Assembly (NCBI GenBank): GCA_964016885.1
Contig: OZ024749.1
Span: 26,226,001 to 26,290,000 of the forward strand
Direction: 5' to 3'
Length of the DNA stretch: 64,000 nt
Source of the DNA: Eledone cirrhosa
Taxonomy: Eukaryota
Part shown: in pieces, positions 13,492-26,780 of the stretch
Layout of the letters: each line of letters opens with the position of its first letter
Numbering within the stretch: position 1 is the stretch's first letter
Notes under the pieces: generated by a model
What the model was told of the DNA's origin: nothing
The model's input: only the letters and a program-made list of their open reading frames with translations
Database searches by the model: none
Made by a program: the position numbers and the translations under genes

Positions 13492-15023
13492 TCGACCCAC
13501 ACCCCTACCCAATCTCCACCCTCCACCTCACCCCTCACCACACTCTCCCTTCCCCCCCAAACACCCAAACCCCACCACTTGTTGTCACCATACCCCCTGA
13601 CCTCCCCCCTCTCCGCACCTGAGCGCTCACTCCTTAGTAGAGGCCTTCGCTTCATACCCCACACTCCGCACAGCGACGAGTTCCGCACCCGAACGGAAGT
13701 CGAGCGATTCGTGCGACGCACTAAGCTACAGGCACATTTCGGCCGAACGCCACCGGCTCCGGACGCCCCAGACCCGTTTCTCGCCCTGGGCCGACGACCA
13801 TCTTCTTGGACGCCGGCCCCAGGGCAATTTAGCACCCTGGACGCCTTCGTCGATGCCAGCAGTAGCGCAATAAATCGTTTCGACTTTCGCCACCGTTCCA
13901 AACGGTACAATATCTCACGGGGCGAACTCCTCGCTCTCCGCTCCCTCCGTAGCCGAGATGACATCGTCATCAAACCGGCGGACAAGGGAGGCGCCGTAGT
14001 GGTGTGGCGCGCGGACCTCTACACGGCCGAAGCCCTCAGGCAGCTCTGTAACCCCCTCTTCTACCGCCCTCTACCCTCCGATCCCACCCCCCTCTACCAA
14101 CAACAAGTCTCCTCCACCATCAAAGACCTTATCGCCTCCTCCCTCCCCCCCCCCCCCGCTTCCCACCTCATCGTCCGCACCCCCCGCACCCCCACCATCT
14201 ACTTCCTCCCCAAACTCCACAAACCCGACAACCCCGGCCGCCCCATCGTCTCCGCTTGCAACTTCCCCACCGAACTCATCTCCGCCTTTCTCGACTCCAT
14301 CCTCGCCCCCCTTGTCACCACCCTCCGCTCCCACATCTCCGACACCAACCACGCCCTGCGCCTTTTCGACTCCTTCACCTACCCACCCGGCCCACAGCCC
14401 TTCCTCTTCACCCTAGACATCAAGTCCCTCTATACCGTCATCCCCCACGCCGACGGCCTACGCGCCCTCAAACACTACCTCGACCTTCGCCCCTCCCCCA
14501 TTCCCTCCACCCCCACCCTCCTTCGCCTCGCCGAGCTGGTCCTCACCCTCAATTGTTTCTCCTTCTCGGGTGAGTTTTACCAACAGGTTACGGGGTTTAG
14601 CCATGGGTACAAGAATGGGCCCGAACTATGCCAACCTTTTTGTTGGCCATGTTGAGGCCCAAATCTTTGCCCAGTACACCGGCCCCACGTCCGAACTGTA
14701 CGGTCGTTACATTGACGACTGTATCGGAGCCACGACCCTCACCCGAGAACAGCTCGACTCCTTTCTCTCCTTCTTCTGCTCCTTCCACCCCTCCCTCCAG
14801 TTCACCACCTCTATCTCCACCACCCACGTCCACTTCTTAGACATCTCCGTCGCCTTCGACCCCTCCCACCACTCCCTCGTCACCTCCGCCTTCTTCAAAC
14901 CCACCGACTCCCACTCTTACCTCGACTTCACCTCTTCCCACCCCACCCACACTAAACACTCCATTCCCTACTCCCAACTTCTCAGGATCCGCCGCCTCTG
15001 TAGCCGAGATGCTGACTTTGCGT
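13490..15023 (+). mobile_element. Penelope-like element reverse transcriptase, frameshifted, lacking the GIY-YIG end
   Basis: LLSRGLRF, IKPADKGGAVVV, RPIVS, LDIKSLYT, (G)LAMGT..YANLF, RYIDD, FLDI, KPTDSHSYL. Frameshifts near 13610 and 14595; sequence stops before the endonuclease. Confidence 0.92.
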
Positions 15024-15081
15024 GAAATTAATAAACATTCGTTGTACTGCCTCTCTGTTTTGTTCCTATTCAAATTTTTCC

Positions 15082-15145
<64 letters not shown>

Positions 15146-15160
15146 TGGGGGAAAAAGTTG

Positions 15161-15190
15161 TAACGTTATCGACGCTAGTCCTTCTTTAGA
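15161..15190 (-). ncRNA. Decayed Penelope-type hammerhead motif
   Basis: Minus strand CTAAAGAAGGACTAGCGTCGATAACGTTA resembles CTGATGAAAGACTAGCGTCCGAAACGTTA at 39031-39059; core is mutated. Confidence 0.4.
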
Positions 15191-15790
15191 AAATAGAAAA
15201 AGAAAAGGATTTTTCAGGAGAGAGAAGAAAAGTAAAGACAGAAAAGAGTAAAACAGGAACAAGAGAAATGATACAGGGAAGGGAAACATACACGTGTGTA
15301 TATTAGTCAAATAATCTCAGAAATATCTAATAGTTAGTCCCTGTATCGAACAGAACGATAATATGTCGAGAGAAAGTTGAAAATAAAAGAAAAATTGATT
15401 CACGCCATCTTAAGTGACCGAAGACTAACACCATACATACCTCGTGTGTGAGAAGAAAGGTATAGAAACATGGGTAGGTGGAATTAATTGGTGAAGGTAG
15501 ACGGCAGGAGACATAATGATGAAGATGGTAAAATACAGATCAATAAAATCAATAATTAATACATATTTCACGATTCTATTGCCGAATACTAAGCAAGTCG
15601 TCTGCTAATGGATGATTTTGATGGGTGCAGACGATCTCGTTATGGCGGCCTACCGTTTATAAGTGAAAATTTATAAAGAATCAATTACACTTCGTCATTT
15701 TCCCATCTTAGTCTCTCACTCCTGATGACATTATTGTTAATACATATATATGGACTCAGGCGATTATATACATATATATATATATATATA

Positions 15791-15860
<70 letters not shown>

Positions 15861-15879
15861 AATATGCAATGAACCTACA

Positions 15880-15925
<46 letters not shown>

Positions 15926-15993
15926 TATATACATATATATAGACATATATATATATATACACATATATATATACATCATATATATACACACAG

Positions 15994-16032
<39 letters not shown>

Positions 16033-16229
16033 CATATATATATATATATAAACATATATATCTTCATATACATAAATAATTAATTTCAATGCAATATCTA
16101 TATGTAAGATCTGTTTTAGAGATTGACGTGGGCTAAATTATATTTATGAACATTAGTAGGGTGTATACACTTTGAGTGACAAGAAAAGTATAGACGCATA
16201 TACATACATACTTGCATACATACATATAT

Positions 16230-16291
<62 letters not shown>

Positions 16292-16339
16292 TAATAAATA
16301 GATAGATAAATTTACAGACATATATATATATATATATTC

Positions 16340-16379
<40 letters not shown>

Positions 16380-16402
16380 TCATATATATATATATATATA
16401 TA

Positions 16403-16644
<242 letters not shown>

Positions 16645-16720
16645 CATATTAATAAATAGATAGATAAATTTACAGACATATATATATATATTCATATATA
16701 TATAAATATATATATATATA

Positions 16721-16774
<54 letters not shown>

Positions 16775-16856
16775 ACGAAGGAGGTGTGGTAAGGAACCAG
16801 ATGGACCATAACGCACCGGAGTACTCAATACTTAGGGTAGTAGATTGGGTAATAAG

Positions 16857-16940
16857 AAAATGTTAGACCCCGACAGCAGAGCTCAAGCCGTTTCGGGGGC
16901 TATTTCTGGACTGAGCTCTGCCGTCGGGGTCTAGCATTTT
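16857..16940. repeat. Hairpin with 29-bp arms, related to the island at 45258-45345
   Basis: AAAATGTTAGACCCCGACAGCAGAGCTCA / TGAGCTCTGCCGTCGGGGTCTAGCATTTT. GACCCCGACGGCAGAGCTC recurs near 45260. Confidence 0.8.
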
Positions 16941-16941
16941 C

Positions 16942-16985
<44 letters not shown>

Positions 16986-17360
16986 TGCATGCATACATAC
17001 ATACATATTAATAAATAAATACATAAACTTTCAGACATATATATATCAATACATATATATATATTTATTCCCATAATAAAATGAACTGTATTATCTCTAA
17101 GTGAGTTCTGTTGTATATTGACTGTATATAGACTTAAGTGGACTATATTATAAAACTTTAAACTGACAAGATGGATGGAGGCGACACTTCATTGCAGAGT
17201 GGTTCATTCAATGGCATGGAATGATATCTCTCTCGCTCTCTCTCTCTCTCCCTCTATCTCTCTCTCTCTCTCTCTTTTTTCTCTCTCTCACCTCTCTTTG
17301 TCTTTGTCTTTTTCCCTCTCTTCCGCTTTCTTTATTCCTGTCTCTCTCTCTATTTATATG

Positions 17361-17435
<75 letters not shown>

Positions 17436-17485
17436 ATATATAAATAATTATGCCGTATTGTTGTTATATATATATATAGATATAG

Positions 17486-17517
<32 letters not shown>

Positions 17518-17518
17518 C

Positions 17519-17811
17519 TTAGAACAATACGGCACAATTATTTCACCTCAATTGGCCCCGCTCTCTTTAACATTAAACTAAAACACATTAAAACAGAAAC
17601 AGACCCCATAAAGTTCAAGAAGCCTTTGGACAAACTCCTTCAAGAAATCCCATAGTAGCTTTCTAGAGCTGGATGTCTTCGGAAACAATAATTCGCTACT
17701 TGAGTGGGCCATGGTGTCCAAATCCTGATTTGAAAGACTTGGCCAGGTGGTTCTATTAAGTTAGACATGACATCAGCCAATACTGGCCGAAACTTATCAA
17801 AGTTATCAAAG

Positions 17812-17812
<1 letters not shown>
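17519..17812 (+). mobile_element. 3' remnant of a CR1-group LINE
   Basis: Translates RTIRHNYFTSIGPALFN...FKKPLDKLLQEIP, which resembles the CR1/L2-group ORF2 C-terminus (GP.LFN.LP...FK..LD..L..IP). Confidence 0.6.
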
Positions 17813-17863
<51 letters not shown>

Positions 17864-18070
17864 ACGGCGCTCGAACGTTTTCAGTCTGTAAACTGATCGA
17901 ATATTGCAACCTGGCGATTGAATATCACCCACATTAAAGTAGTTGCTCTACACCCATCGATTACTACTCTTATTTATTGTCTTCACGGTATTGCCAGAAA
18001 CACACGATTTCATATCAAGACACGATTTGTTTCAATACACGATTTCATATCAAAAACCTTGCAAAAAAAA

Positions 18071-18105
<35 letters not shown>

Positions 18106-18183
18106 TAATGTGATGAAACACAGATACCAACACATCTGTATATATATTGCGAAAGAAAAATTTAGCCAGATTGAAGTATACTA

Positions 18184-18816
18184 ATTATTATACTACAGTT
18201 TGCCCATATCGATTTAAAATAATAAATCAACGGAGACGAACTGTATTGGCAAAAGGCCGTGATGTTTAGACACATTTAAATTTCAAAATCAAACCTGTTC
18301 CGTAGATAAGTTTAGACTTTAAGATCCAAATATGTTTCGAGTTAAAATAAGTGTAGGAATATCAAGTCCCGCTCTCCTCAGTAAACATCCAGAGACAAAT
18401 TGATATGCTTCACTTTTAAATAATTTAAAAGACTGCGTGGCGCACATGGCTTTACAGTATCTAACTAGTCTCATAACCGTACTGCTAGAAATAACAGTCG
18501 TGTATATGAGGCGGCTTTGCAGCTCAAACTAGGAGCAGATTAAAATTAATAAGGTAATGAATTATTTTACAATGGAATCAGCTCGAATGAGGAAAAAATA
18601 TATCCCATGAGCAGTGTATAAATTAATATGTATGTGATGAAACACACACTTATTTTAACTCGAAACTTATTTGGATCTTAAAGTCTAAACTTATCTACGG
18701 AACAGGTTTGATTTTGAAATTTAAATGTGTCTAAACATCACGGCCTTTTGCCAATACAGTTCGTCTCCGTTGATTTATTATTTTAAATCGATATGGGCAA
18801 ACTGTAGTATAATAAT
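18184..18816. repeat. Inverted repeat with about 170-bp arms (18184-18354 / 18646-18816)
   Basis: Arms nearly perfectly complementary; lies within an island bounded by (TA)n. Confidence 0.9.
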
Positions 18817-18911
18817 ATATATATATATATCAAAAGCATGTATTGAGTTAGAAACTCAAAATAGTCTCATTACAGTAAAATTAGCTCTAGGAAAAATGTT
18901 TTTCCGAGCCG

Positions 18912-19131
18912 TATAGTATAACTGAACAAAAAAGAAAAACGAACACAGACATATACATGTATGTGTTCAAATCGTAATGGACCAGAAACGCTAAGGTGAT
19001 AAAAATACTAACTACAGACAACTATTGTCTGTAGTTAGTATTTTTTTTCACCTAAGCGTTTCTGGTCCATTACGATTTGAACACATACATGTATATGTCT
19101 GTGTTCGTTTTTCTTTTTTGTTCAGTTATAC

Positions 19132-19135
<4 letters not shown>
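18912..19135. repeat. Near-perfect palindrome with about 110-bp arms and a 3-nt loop
   Basis: Centre ACTACAGACAA-cta-TTGTCTGTAGT. Arms carry a hammerhead-like 3' half (CCAGAAACGCTTAGGTG). Confidence 0.9.
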
Positions 19136-19156
<21 letters not shown>

Positions 19157-19163
<7 letters not shown>

Positions 19164-19329
19164 TTTGTCCTTCATCAGTGATCTTCCAACCATCATAGGC
19201 ATTTCATCGCTTTAAAGACCATATACCTCCGGTTGGTGCGAGCAACGGCTAAAAAAAGTCGTTGGGACACGTAAATAAAGGGGACGCAAGGGTAAACAAA
19301 CAAAATGGTGAAGCCGCAGCGCCCTTATT

Positions 19330-19336
<7 letters not shown>
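19157..19336 (-). mobile_element. Truncated copy of the 61301-62043 element with a terminal inversion
   Basis: 19157-19314 matches 61302-61459. 19314-19336 is the reverse complement of 61871-61893. (TA)n on both sides. Confidence 0.85.
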
Positions 19337-19377
<41 letters not shown>

Positions 19378-19472
19378 TGTTGATTAGTCGTTACTTAGTT
19401 GTTACGTGGGGCGGGTGTGCATGGCAACCGGCATATCACAACGATTGCATAACTGTACCAATGATTGCGTAA

Positions 19473-19539
19473 ACCGCTGACGAAGTTGCATGTCTAACCA
19501 TGTGACAGATATACATATAATGCAATAAACAATTAGGGT
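19473..19539 (+). ncRNA. Decayed hammerhead motif
   Basis: ACCG-CTGACGA-A-GTTGCAT...ATGCAAT-AAAC-AATTA-GGGT. Stem II is retained; the G of GAAA is lost. Confidence 0.45.
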
Positions 19540-19560
19540 GATTTAACTACCATTGGTGCA

Positions 19561-19745
19561 TTGGCAGTATCGGTAGAGGGTCGGACACCATGCTTTGACG
19601 CATAGAGTTACGGCCCTTGCCATTCTGAGTTCAAATCCCGCCGAGATTAACTTTGCCTTTCATCCTTACGGGGTCGATAAAATAAAGTACCAGTAATGCA
19701 CTGGGTAATTGCTGGCCTTGTGCCAAAAGTAGAAACAATTATTTG
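19561..19745 (+). mobile_element. tRNA-derived SINE
   Basis: A-box TGGCAGTATCGG, B-box GAGTTCAAATCCC, body GCCTTTCATCCTTACGGGGTCGATAAAATAAAGTACCAG. Many copies in the window. Confidence 0.85.
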
Positions 19746-19748
19746 ATA

Positions 19749-19786
<38 letters not shown>

Positions 19787-19787
19787 G

Positions 19788-19846
<59 letters not shown>

Positions 19847-20183
19847 TGTGCGCGCGCGTGTATATATCTTTTCTATTCAGTGGCTGATAATACCTTACCG
19901 GCGCCATAATAAGGTAATTATTTAACCCATAAATGGGGCCCTAACAAGTACTTCCACTCCGGGCTAGAGCAGACCTGGGAGTTATGACAACTAAGGGGTA
20001 ACTCCACATTCCTCACAGCTCCTGAACACCCGAACTGGACCCATATATATATATAAGTAAGGTACTCATTACATAGCAGAGTATAAATATTTAATATAGA
20101 AATGGCATCTACTGGAAAGCCTGTTGATTTCTTCCGAATGAAACAGTTCTAGTCCTGTAGAAAATATTTCTATATTGTATATA

Positions 20184-20276
<93 letters not shown>

Positions 20277-20610
20277 TTGGATGTGTGTTGATGTATAATT
20301 ACTCGATACATATTGGGGGGATTCGAAACTAGGCTTTTCGCTTCATACGCTATAAAAATATAACACAGCTACACCATGTTAACACTATTACCATCACACA
20401 CCCATATGAATATAACAGTTTGTTTTTATAAGGTATGTTCCAACACTTGTATTGTACACATGTAGTTCAATTAAATAATTTTACACCTTTGATAAATATT
20501 AGTTATCAATATATTGATCTACATAACGAATTATGTGTCAGAAAATTCTACTTATAAATCAAGTAGCATGTGATGATTAATATATATATATATATATATG
20601 TATATGTATG

Positions 20611-20648
<38 letters not shown>

Positions 20649-20718
20649 CATATATATATATTTTATAATACATATATATGTATATGTGTGTATGTACGTA
20701 TGTATTTAAATATGCGTA

Positions 20719-20760
<42 letters not shown>

Positions 20761-20800
20761 TGTGTGTGTGTGAGTGTGCGTATATGTGTATATGTGTGTG

Positions 20801-20837
<37 letters not shown>

Positions 20838-21346
20838 GCGTGTGTGCCAGTGTGTGTCAGTGTGTGTGTTATAGGCTTCTTTCAAAGAACAAGTGGGCTC
20901 GTATTTCTATAGAACTTAAAGCGTTATGGAATCAATAAAATGCATATATATATATATATGTATGCATGTATGAACGTATATATTTATGTATGAATGTATG
21001 TATGTATATTTGATGGCATATATGTATGTATGTTTGTATGTATCTATATGTGTATATGTATATAGATTCTTGAATATTTATATTTACGAACGGAACAATA
21101 GGTTCTTATAACAGAAAGTAGAACGTGTGGAATATATTAGAAGTTGAATCTTCTTCACCTGTTTAACTTTGTGTTTCGTGTTACCGATGACTCAAACGTC
21201 TGGAGTCTGGCAGCTGTGTGATGGTACATAGACAAATATATTCGTAAACAATTGGAAATAGAATGAGCTAGCATGATGGTCAGATTATACTGGTTGCCAA
21301 ATTAAAAAAAAACTCAGAAAACGCCCTTGTTTTCATCTATTCAATT

Positions 21347-21400
21347 GTCATGTGACCAGCCTGTGGCGTTTTTTTATAGTCACGTGAAAAGTCACGTGAT
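21347..21400. promoter_or_regulatory. Cluster of three GTCA(C/T)GTGA E-boxes (CLEAR/USF-like)
   Basis: GTCATGTGAC at 21347, GTCACGTGAA at 21379 and GTCACGTGAT at 21391, in unique sequence. Confidence 0.4.
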
Positions 21401-21572
21401 GTCTTCATACTTCTAATCAGAAATATATTAAAAAAAAAATTACATATAAGCAATTGTTAATGGAGTTTTAGATTTGCTGAAAGTTCCTTTAAAAAATGAC
21501 TTTTGAGATGTATCTATACGTATATATATGGAGATTCCTTAACACATATATACATTCACACAAATAAATGTA

Positions 21573-21660
<88 letters not shown>

Positions 21661-21731
21661 ATCCAGGGGGTGTAACTAGGAGTTACTGCAGGTTCACCCG
21701 GGAGAGCACTCGATGTATTTAAATATGTGTA

Positions 21732-21807
<76 letters not shown>

Positions 21808-21896
21808 TGTCTGTATGAGTGTGCGTATATATGTGTGTATATATTATTATATATACACACATAATATATATAGAATATATATTATTATATATATTC

Positions 21897-21940
<44 letters not shown>

Positions 21941-22625
21941 GGGGTAACAAATAATAGTTAAATGCAGTCCACTTAGGTAAAGTCCAGTTATGGTATTCCA
22001 GGTAGTAGATGATATTAACGCTTGGCTTGGTTTGACTCAACAAGGCGTTTTCATAGTGATGCTGCGGGTATGCCGTAATTCCTCTGTTGTAAACACTTGG
22101 AGTAATAATAAATCAGGAAAGAAGGTTTACATGGTTTGCTATACAAAAAAGGTTTTTAATCTCATAGCTGACACTTGTTTCTCTGAACTGGTAGGTCTAG
22201 AGATCGCTATTCGCTTATTTTCCCGTTATATATATATATATATAAATATATTATAGAGTTAAAATGACAGGAAGGCCCGACTGGTTGAATTGCTTCATAT
22301 TTATATTTCTGCAAAAACTATGCTCATTTCAGTGACCAGGTGACATCAGGTGTATATTTCTTAATAAGTATAGACCAACGGAATGATGGCAAACACAGCT
22401 TTAGAAAGCCAGGTAAAATACATTTATAGGTGGAATAACGTGGCCAGCAGCTGCTACAGGGGGTTAAAACTATGTACCTCTCAAATTCCGGCTGAGGGTT
22501 TGATCCTCTGTAGCGGCTACTTGCTATGTTTTCGTGTCTATAGATGTGTTTTACCTGATTCTATAAAGTTATTTCCACGGCTATTTTGTCTCTCTCCCTA
22601 TCACTCTTACTCTCTCTTTCTCTTC

Positions 22626-22694
<69 letters not shown>

Positions 22695-22847
22695 GGTGTG
22701 TGCGAGTGAGTGTGGGGGGTGTGTGTGTGTATGTATATATACCAAAAGAACAGAAAGCTATTTATTTCATATAATATAATCACAACCACTACTAACAATG
22801 TCACCATCTCCACTTGCCTCACCACTATCACAACAACCACAATCTCG

Positions 22848-23322
22848 ACCACCGACCCCACCACCGACCCCCACCACCGACCCCCACCACCGACCCCCAC
22901 CACCGACCCCCACCACCGACCCCACCACCGACCCCCATCACCGACCCCCACCACCGACCCCCACCACCGACCCCCACCACCGACCCCCACCACCGACCAC
23001 CACCACCGACCCCCACCACCGACCCCCACCACCGACCCCACCACCGACCCCCACCACCGACCCCACCACCGACCCCCACCACCGACCCCCACCACCGACC
23101 CCATCAACGACCTCCACCACCGACCTCCACCACCGACCCCACCACCGACCCCCACCACCGACCCCACCACCGACCTCCACCACCGACCCCACCACCGACC
23201 CCCACCACCGACCCCCACCACCGACCCCCACCACCGACCCCATCAACGACCTCCACCACCGACCACCACCACCGACCCCCACCACCGACCCCCACCACCG
23301 ACCCCCACCACCGACCCCACCA
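22848..23322. repeat. C-rich minisatellite, about 13-bp unit ACCGACCCCCACC
   Basis: Read directly; 9- and 13-bp unit variants. Confidence 0.92.
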
Positions 23323-23499
23323 CTACTACCTACAAACATATCGTATAAGCTATGAATATTAATCGAAACAATTCAATCATAAACCAAATCATAGGTTTTG
23401 TATTTTCCTCTCCCATAACTTTGCTTCATTGCAGCTGTGCTTCCTGTCATTTGTAAATGATGCCAGTATTAATGCAGTGTTTCGCCCTGGGGTTAATAC

Positions 23500-23890
23500 T
23501 ATCAGCAGCATCATCGTCATCATCGTCAGCATCGTCGTCGTCAGCATCATCATCATCATCATCATCATTATCATCATCGTCAGCATCGTCAGCATCGTCG
23601 TCGTCAGCATCATCATCATCATCATTCTTATCGTCGTCGTCATCGTCATCATTATCATCATCATCGTCGTCGTTGTCGCTCTCATCACCATCATCACCAT
23701 CATCATCACCATCATCATCACCATCATCAACATCGTCGTCGTCATCATCATCATCGTCATCGTCGTCATCATAATCATCATCATCCTCATCATAGTCATC
23801 ATCATCATCATCATCACCATCATCATCACCATCATCATCGTCGCTCTCATCATCATCACCATCGTCATCATCATCATCATCGTCGTCATC
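23500..23890. repeat. (CAT/CGT)n trinucleotide repeat
   Basis: Read directly. Confidence 0.92.
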
Positions 23891-23929
23891 AATATTTGTG
23901 TTATTTTCATTGCATTATCCAATTAACAA

Positions 23930-24515
23930 GGGTTGTGGTTTGGCAGAATCGGTAGAGCGTCGGACAACATGTTTTGTGGCATATAGTTCAGTCCTTTTAC
24001 GTTTCTGAGTTCAAACTCGGCCGAGGTTAACTTTGTCTTTCATCCTTACGGGGTCGATAAAATAAAGTACCAGTAATGTACTGGGGATGATATACTCAAC
24101 ATTCCCCCCTTTCCTTCAAATTGCTGGCCTTGTGCCTAAAGTAGAAACAATTATTGAGGGCAGTGAAGTGGCAAAATTGGAAGAAGAGTGTCGGACAAAA
24201 CACTTTGCAGCGTGTAGATACCACCCTTTACGTTCTGAGTTCAAATCCCGCCCAAGTTAGCTTTAGCCTGACTGGGTCGATAAATTAAAATATCGATATC
24301 TCCCTTGGATTGATTTAATCGACATTCCTCTCCCGCAAATTGTTGGCTGTGTACCTAACTTAAAAACCATGGCAGTATCGGTAGAGGGTCGTACGCCATG
24401 CTTTGACGCATAGAGTTACGGCCCTTGCCATTCTGAGTTCAAATCCCGCCGAGGTTAACTTTGCCTTTCATCCTTACGGGGTCGATAAAATAAAGTACCA
24501 GTAATACACTGGGAT
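23930..24515 (+). mobile_element. Three head-to-tail tRNA-derived SINE copies
   Basis: Three A-box/B-box heads near 23940, 24168 and 24370, each followed by the GGGTCGATAAA body. Confidence 0.8.
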
Positions 24516-24655
24516 AACAATTATTACTTAATTCTAAGTACCAATATTCATTAGAAGATTTGGAGGAAGTGTCTAACGGTGTTTGTCAAGGTTCAAATCC
24601 TGCCAATGTCAATGTGTTAAGAGGTTCAATCCCAGGAGAGCCAGAGCTTATCCGT

Positions 24656-24706
24656 GGTAGTAGTAGTAGTAGTAGTAGCAGCAGTAATAGTAACAGTAGC
24701 TGCTGC

Positions 24707-24792
<86 letters not shown>

Positions 24793-24817
24793 CAGCAATA
24801 GTAACAGTAGCAGCTGC

Positions 24818-24873
<56 letters not shown>

Positions 24874-24898
24874 CAGCAATAGTAACAGTAGCAGCTGC

Positions 24899-24972
<74 letters not shown>

Positions 24973-25092
24973 CAGCAATAGTAACAGTAGCAGCTGCAGT
25001 AGTAGTAGTAGTAGTTGTAGTAGTAGTAGCAGCAGTACCAGTAGCAGCAGTTGTAGCAGAGCAGCAGTAGTAGTTGTAGCAGGAACAGCAGC

Positions 25093-25150
<58 letters not shown>

Positions 25151-25163
25151 CTAGTAGTAGTAC

Positions 25164-25205
<42 letters not shown>

Positions 25206-25268
25206 CAGCAGTACCAGTAGCAGCAGTTGTAGCAGAGCAGCAGTAGTAGTTGTAGCAGGAACAGCAGC

Positions 25269-25332
<64 letters not shown>

Positions 25333-25410
25333 CTAGTAGTAGTAGTAGTAGTAGTAGCAGCAGTAGTAGCAGCAGCAGCAGTAGCAGCAGCAACAACAGC
25401 AGCAGAAGCT
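24656..25410. repeat. (AGT/AGC)n repeat with higher-order duplication
   Basis: The block AGCAGCAATAGTAACAGTAGCAGCTGC recurs between (AGT)n runs. Confidence 0.92.
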
Positions 25411-25685
25411 ACAAACATATAATCTTCAACTGGACATTATAAAACAAATTAAGAATATAATAGATTATAGTTAATGGCATCAAATCGGTTGTTATTGACT
25501 TGTTTGTTGGTTGAGAAGGAGAGAAAACTTATATGGTGAAACAATAACAACAACAACAACGACAACAACGACGACGACAACAACAGTAGCTGCAAACACG
25601 ACGACAACAACAACAACAACAACAACAACAACACAACAAACGACACATCGAAATATGCAGAAAATAATTTTAAAAACAATTTAAA

Positions 25686-25732
<47 letters not shown>

Positions 25733-25822
25733 CATATACATATATGTGTGTGTGTGTGTATTTATATTTTATATGTATATATATTCATATATATATATAT
25801 ATATATATATAGGTATATACAG

Positions 25823-25854
<32 letters not shown>

Positions 25855-25983
25855 TATATATATATATATATATAGGTATATACAGTATATATATATTTAT
25901 ATATATATTTATTTATATATATTTGTATTCATTTAGACGTATATTTATTTATATACAAATATATTTATATTCATATAAACGTA

Positions 25984-26068
<85 letters not shown>

Positions 26069-26780
26069 ATATATATATACGTTTATATGAATATAAATAT
26101 ATTTGTATATAAATAAATATACGTCTGAATGAACATACATACATACATACATACATACATACATGCATACATACATACATACATACATACATACATACAT
26201 ACATACATACATACATACATACATACATACACATATATTATATTCATTTGAATGGTTTTAAACGGATGGAAAAAAAAGCCGCATTATAGATGTATATGTC
26301 TGATTACAACTTAACCGTGGTGTATATTATATATAAGATAGACTAACTCTTACCCAATCACTAACATTATTAAATTATTTTATAAAAGGATTGTTGTGTT
26401 CAGACAAAAACAAAATGCTAAATGAAATAGACGTCATATCTCTAACTGCGCATGTCAGATGAGATTTATGCGTTTGTGTTGTGTGTTCTCTGTTGTTTTT
26501 TCTTGCTGTGTTTTGTTGTTTGTTTTTGTTTTGTAAAAACATTCACTTCACAAACAAATAACTCAGCTTTCATATTGAGTATATTCGTGTGTCAGTGTAT
26601 ATTTTTTGTTTTTTTGTTTTTTATAACTTTTCAGTCTCTTTAGCTTTTTTTTTCCTTCTGTTTTTTTCCTTTCCATACTTTTGTCTTTTACTCATCTCTG
26701 TTCTGTTTGTGTGCTTGTTTGTTTGTGTCAACAATAATTCATTTTTATCATCTCCGCCATGTTGTAATACCAATGATCCT

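Noticed and set aside
22607-25418. Pro/His-, Met-, Ser- and Leu-rich long ORFs
   Set aside because: By-products of the 13-bp minisatellite and the (CAT)n and (AGT)n repeats.
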